Shown in pieces: positions 61,136-64,000 of a DNA stretch of 64,000 nt. Location of the stretch: assembly GCA_044226625.1 (NCBI GenBank), contig JBGAGQ010000032.1, positions 1 through 64,000 of the forward strand, read 5' to 3'. Numbering within the stretch: position 1 is the first letter of the stretch; each line of letters starts with the position of its first letter. The DNA is from Thermoanaerobaculia bacterium. GTDB taxonomy: Bacteria; Acidobacteriota; Thermoanaerobaculia; Multivoradales; UBA5704. A program made the translations under genes and the position numbers. Under the pieces are notes generated by a model, which saw only the letters and a program-made list of their open reading frames with translations, had not been told where the DNA came from and did not search any database.

Positions 61136-61669
61136 CTAATGGACCTCGGGTTGATCTCCGGTCTTCAACGGTTGATCTCTAAAATCTGCAAAATTCTCGC
61201 CAATTCTAGCAAAAAGCACCGCGTGGCGTCCGTCGGCGCCGGCGGGCTCCAGCGGCGTAAAGCGCTCCGCGATCGCGGCGGGCTCACCGAGCGGCAGGCC
61301 CCGATGCTCGACCCACGCATGCGCGGCGAGGCTTTCTCCCGTCTTCCGGACCCCGATGCGCAGCTCCGTACGAATTCCGGATTCGGCGAGCAGCGCACGC
61401 AATGCAAGCGACCGTGGGACGCACAACATGGGATAGAGGTGATGACGGGCGGCGACGTCCACCGCCCGAGTCCAGGCGTCGATCGCGTCGGGCTCGAATC
61501 GAGCGGGAGGGATCGTCCTTCGTTCGAGCGAATCGGCTACCTTCGCGAACCCCCGGAGGCGCAGACGGAGGTCGATCGTGAGCAGACGCCAGGCCGCGCG
61601 CAGAAGCCGACGGCGATCCGCGGCCGGAAGGGCAGCGAGGCGGCGCCCGTCAGACAGCCACCGAGTCAT
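61136..61669 (-). CDS. Lasso peptide B2 protein (transglutaminase-like leader peptidase)
   Basis: LCVPRSLAL...LRIGVRK...AHAWVE (catalytic Cys and His); alternative start 61681. Confidence 0.88.
   Translation of the reverse strand: MTRWLSDGRRLAALPAADRRRLLRAAWRLLTIDLRLRLRGFAKVADSLERRTIPPARFEPDAIDAWTRAVDVAARHHLYPMLCVPRSLALRALLAESGIRTELRIGVRKTGESLAAHAWVEHRGLPLGEPAAIAERFTPLEPAGADGRHAVLFARIGENFADFRDQPLKTGDQPEVH
61187..61203 (-). promoter_or_regulatory. Putative sigma-54 (-24/-12) promoter of the beta-barrel gene
   Basis: Minus strand TTGGCGAGAATTTTGCA gives GG-N10-GC, in an AT-rich patch about 115 nt upstream of the ATG. Confidence 0.55.
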
Positions 61670-61964
61670 CCGGGAGGACATCGATCAACCCATGCTCGGC
61701 GAGGTCGCGAAGGACACGGCGCAGGTCGGACGCCAACGTGGAGCGATCGACCTCGAACTCGTCGAAGAGTCGCTCCTCGATCTCGCCGAACGTCGCCTTG
61801 GCGACCAGCAGAGACCACACCCGGCATCCGACCTCGTTCAGGCCGTAGTAGTTCCCGAGGTCCAGATCGAGCAGGATCATCTCGCCGCCAACCTCTCGCG
61901 CAAGCACCCCGGCCCTCGGCCGGGCGTGGCTGCGAGACGAAAGCTCGGGGATCTCTGCCGCCAT
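61650..61964 (-). CDS. PqqD-family RiPP recognition element (lasso B1)
   Basis: REVGGEMILLDLDLGNYYGLNEVGCRVWSLL...L.DL..HGLI. Confidence 0.9.
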   Translation of the reverse strand: MAAEIPELSSRSHARPRAGVLAREVGGEMILLDLDLGNYYGLNEVGCRVWSLLVAKATFGEIEERLFDEFEVDRSTLASDLRRVLRDLAEHGLIDVLPDDSVAV

Positions 61965-61979
61965 GGCCGCAGCAAGGTA

Positions 61980-62933
61980 TCACAGCGTCGGCAGGCGCCT
62001 AAGGATCTCATCGCGCACCTTCGGAAGGAGGTCGAGGCCCTCCGGGTAGACCAATCGATACACCGGAAGCCGTTCCGCGATCGCCACCAAACGCTCGAAC
62101 CGGCGACCGATGCCCACTGCCGCCTCGCCGAGCGCGCCGAGGAACGAGTGCCGAACGAGCTCGATCGTCGCTTCGCGGGGAGAGATGAGCTCGAGCGCGA
62201 TCTCCGCACCGCCGCGCGCAGGGAGCAACAGGGCGCGCGGAGAGGTGGCGGCATCGAAGAACTCCCCGAGCCCACCGGCGCCGACCGGCACGCGGCGCTT
62301 GTCGAACCCGGGATGGACCGGCTCGAGCTCGTCGGCGCCCTCCACCAATTGCTCCGCGGCGGCGGGCCAGAGGCGAATTTGGGGAAGCCCCGGCAACGCG
62401 CGGATCCCGGAAGGGTCGTCGAGATCGAGAGCGAGCACGTCGTCCGTGAGCAGTGGGTAGCCCGCGGCCAGGAAGCTCGCGGCCAAGCTGCTCTTTCCAG
62501 CGCGATTGAATCCAAGGAAGCCGACTGCGCTCGATGCCTTCACGACCGCCGAGCCATGGAGGCAGACCGAACCGCCCAACTCGAGATAGAGCGCCGAGAC
62601 CACGCCGAGAAACAGCGCCTCCGCCTCCGCGAGGGTCCCCTCCTCGAGATGTAGGTCGATCTGGTTTCCGTGGACGTCGAACGAGGCGAGCCCGGCGAAA
62701 CGGACCCGATGTCGACCGTTCCGATCGACCTGGACCTCGAGCCAAGTCTCCTCGGAGGCCATCGACTCGACCGGGAAGATCCTCTGGAAGCTACCCTCCG
62801 AAGGGGGATGATCGAGCCGCCGGAGGGTAACGTCGGTTTCCCCGGAAGCTCGCGGCAACCGGGCGACGAACGCGAAATCCGCCTCGAGGACCCGTCCGAA
62901 CCAACGCCAACGAGAGACCGGCGAGGCGATCAT
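61980..62933 (-). CDS. HPr-kinase-related kinase (PadeK-like)
   Basis: LHGSAV, Walker A GFNRAGKS and LLTDD; ATG 62933 in an ATGA overlap with the cyclase. Confidence 0.82.
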   Translation of the reverse strand: MIASPVSRWRWFGRVLEADFAFVARLPRASGETDVTLRRLDHPPSEGSFQRIFPVESMASEETWLEVQVDRNGRHRVRFAGLASFDVHGNQIDLHLEEGTLAEAEALFLGVVSALYLELGGSVCLHGSAVVKASSAVGFLGFNRAGKSSLAASFLAAGYPLLTDDVLALDLDDPSGIRALPGLPQIRLWPAAAEQLVEGADELEPVHPGFDKRRVPVGAGGLGEFFDAATSPRALLLPARGGAEIALELISPREATIELVRHSFLGALGEAAVGIGRRFERLVAIAERLPVYRLVYPEGLDLLPKVRDEILRRLPTL

Positions 62934-64000
62934 CGCGACATCCCGCGCAGCCAGGCTTCCAGAGTGAGGCTCTGCCAGAACATGGCGCCGCGCCACTGTC
63001 CGCCGGCACATTCCTCGACCGCCCGTCGCAACGCTTTGGGTTCGACGAAGCCGAGGTCCGCGGCGACCATGTCGGAGCAGAGCGCGTCGACCTCGGTCCG
63101 GCCGTGACCGGCGAGTGCGCGCACGAGCAGCTCGGTCGGATAGATCTTTTCCGGTCGATCGAGGATCTCGTCCGGCAAGAGGCCGCGCATCGCCCTTCGG
63201 ACCAGGACCTTCGAGAAGCCATCCGAGAAGGTCCAGGCGGCGGGAATGCTGCGCGCCAGCGCGGCGATGCGCGGATCGATCCACGGAAAGCGGAGGTCGA
63301 CACCGAGCTCCGCCCCCTCGTCCGCGAGCGCGGCCGTCGCGGCGAAACGGCGCGAGCTCGTTAGCATCTGCCGCCGATCGCGGTCGCCCGGCAGCGCGAG
63401 CCGGTCGACGTGCGCCGCTCGGGGAAGGCGAAGCAGCTCGTCCCGCAGCGCCGGGCCCAACCAGGACGGGGCCGCCGGCCGGCCGGCCGGCACGAGCCAG
63501 CGCGCGGCCCGCCCCAGGACGCGATAGCGAATCAGCCAGGGTACGTTGACATCGACTCGGCGCCGATACGCCCTGATCTCTCGCGCGAGGCGCAGCCAGC
63601 GACCGGTCAAGAAGAGGTCGGCGAACGGAAAGATCGACCCAAACGCGAAATCGCCGGCATGACCGGTGAGGATCGTTCGGATGCCTAGCTTGCGCGCCGC
63701 GCGAAAGGTCTCTCGCCAAGTCGGGCTATAGACGTTGTAGAGCGGGCTGCCGGGACCGGGATCGATGCCGCGGGGATCGTCGAGAGGACCATGCCGGTCG
63801 GCCGCGATCTCGACGATTTCGAGCCCGAGCCGCTCCGCGGCCCGGCGCGCCGGGCCGCTTTCGTCCGCCGACGGAACGGAGCGAGCGGTCCAGACAAAGC
63901 CGACGATTCGTGCGTCGGGTCGCGCCGCCCGCAACGCCGCGGCGACCGCGGTCGAGTCGAGACCGCTGCTCACGGTCACGCCGAGGATCTCCCCCTCGGG
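62930..64000 (-). CDS. Asparagine-synthase-like lasso cyclase (C protein), 5' end beyond the window
   Basis: Frame open to the window edge; VSSGLDST, TGHAGD, RFPWID, KVLVRRAMRGLLP...R.EK; adjacent to B1 and B2. Confidence 0.8.
   Translation of the reverse strand, partial: PEGEILGVTVSSGLDSTAVAAALRAARPDARIVGFVWTARSVPSADESGPARRAAERLGLEIVEIAADRHGPLDDPRGIDPGPGSPLYNVYSPTWRETFRAARKLGIRTILTGHAGDFAFGSIFPFADLFLTGRWLRLAREIRAYRRRVDVNVPWLIRYRVLGRAARWLVPAGRPAAPSWLGPALRDELLRLPRAAHVDRLALPGDRDRRQMLTSSRRFAATAALADEGAELGVDLRFPWIDPRIAALARSIPAAWTFSDGFSKVLVRRAMRGLLPDEILDRPEKIYPTELLVRALAGHGRTEVDALCSDMVAADLGFVEPKALRRAVEECAGGQWRGAMFWQSLTLEAWLRGMSR

Overview
High-GC (roughly 70% by eye) bacterial chromosomal window. 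It is probably Acidobacteriota (Thermoanaerobaculia-like), inferred from an ADOP-type orphan permease, an Oar-like TonB-dependent receptor and CIRCE-controlled groESL. 1-1.1 kb is non-coding, with phased A-tracts and a ~430-bp inverted-repeat-bounded MITE-like element. It is followed by vapBC, acs, an orphan ABC permease, a copper-amine-oxidase-like protein with a non-canonical cofactor motif (GWYRY instead of GNYDY), DinB, a PLP dehydratase and an Rpn nuclease with an internal SD+ATG (probable RpnS antitoxin). Next come a TonB receptor, a CBM9-like protein, two GT-C-like membrane proteins, small hydrolases and cls. 23.9-54.1 kb is a translationally coupled Wzx/Wzy surface-glycan locus: about 12 glycosyltransferases, 5 methyltransferases, amido-, carbamoyl-, acetyl- and acyltransferases, an SGNH protein, perosamine-type genes and WecA. 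Then ribBA, groES-groEL with CIRCE and an outer-membrane beta-barrel gene with a sigma-54-like promoter. The right edge holds a truncated lasso-peptide-like cluster (cyclase C, HPr-kinase-like kinase, PqqD/B1, B2) whose precursor is not visible in the window. No rRNA, tRNA or CRISPR array was seen. All family assignments come from motif recognition by eye, not from database searches.
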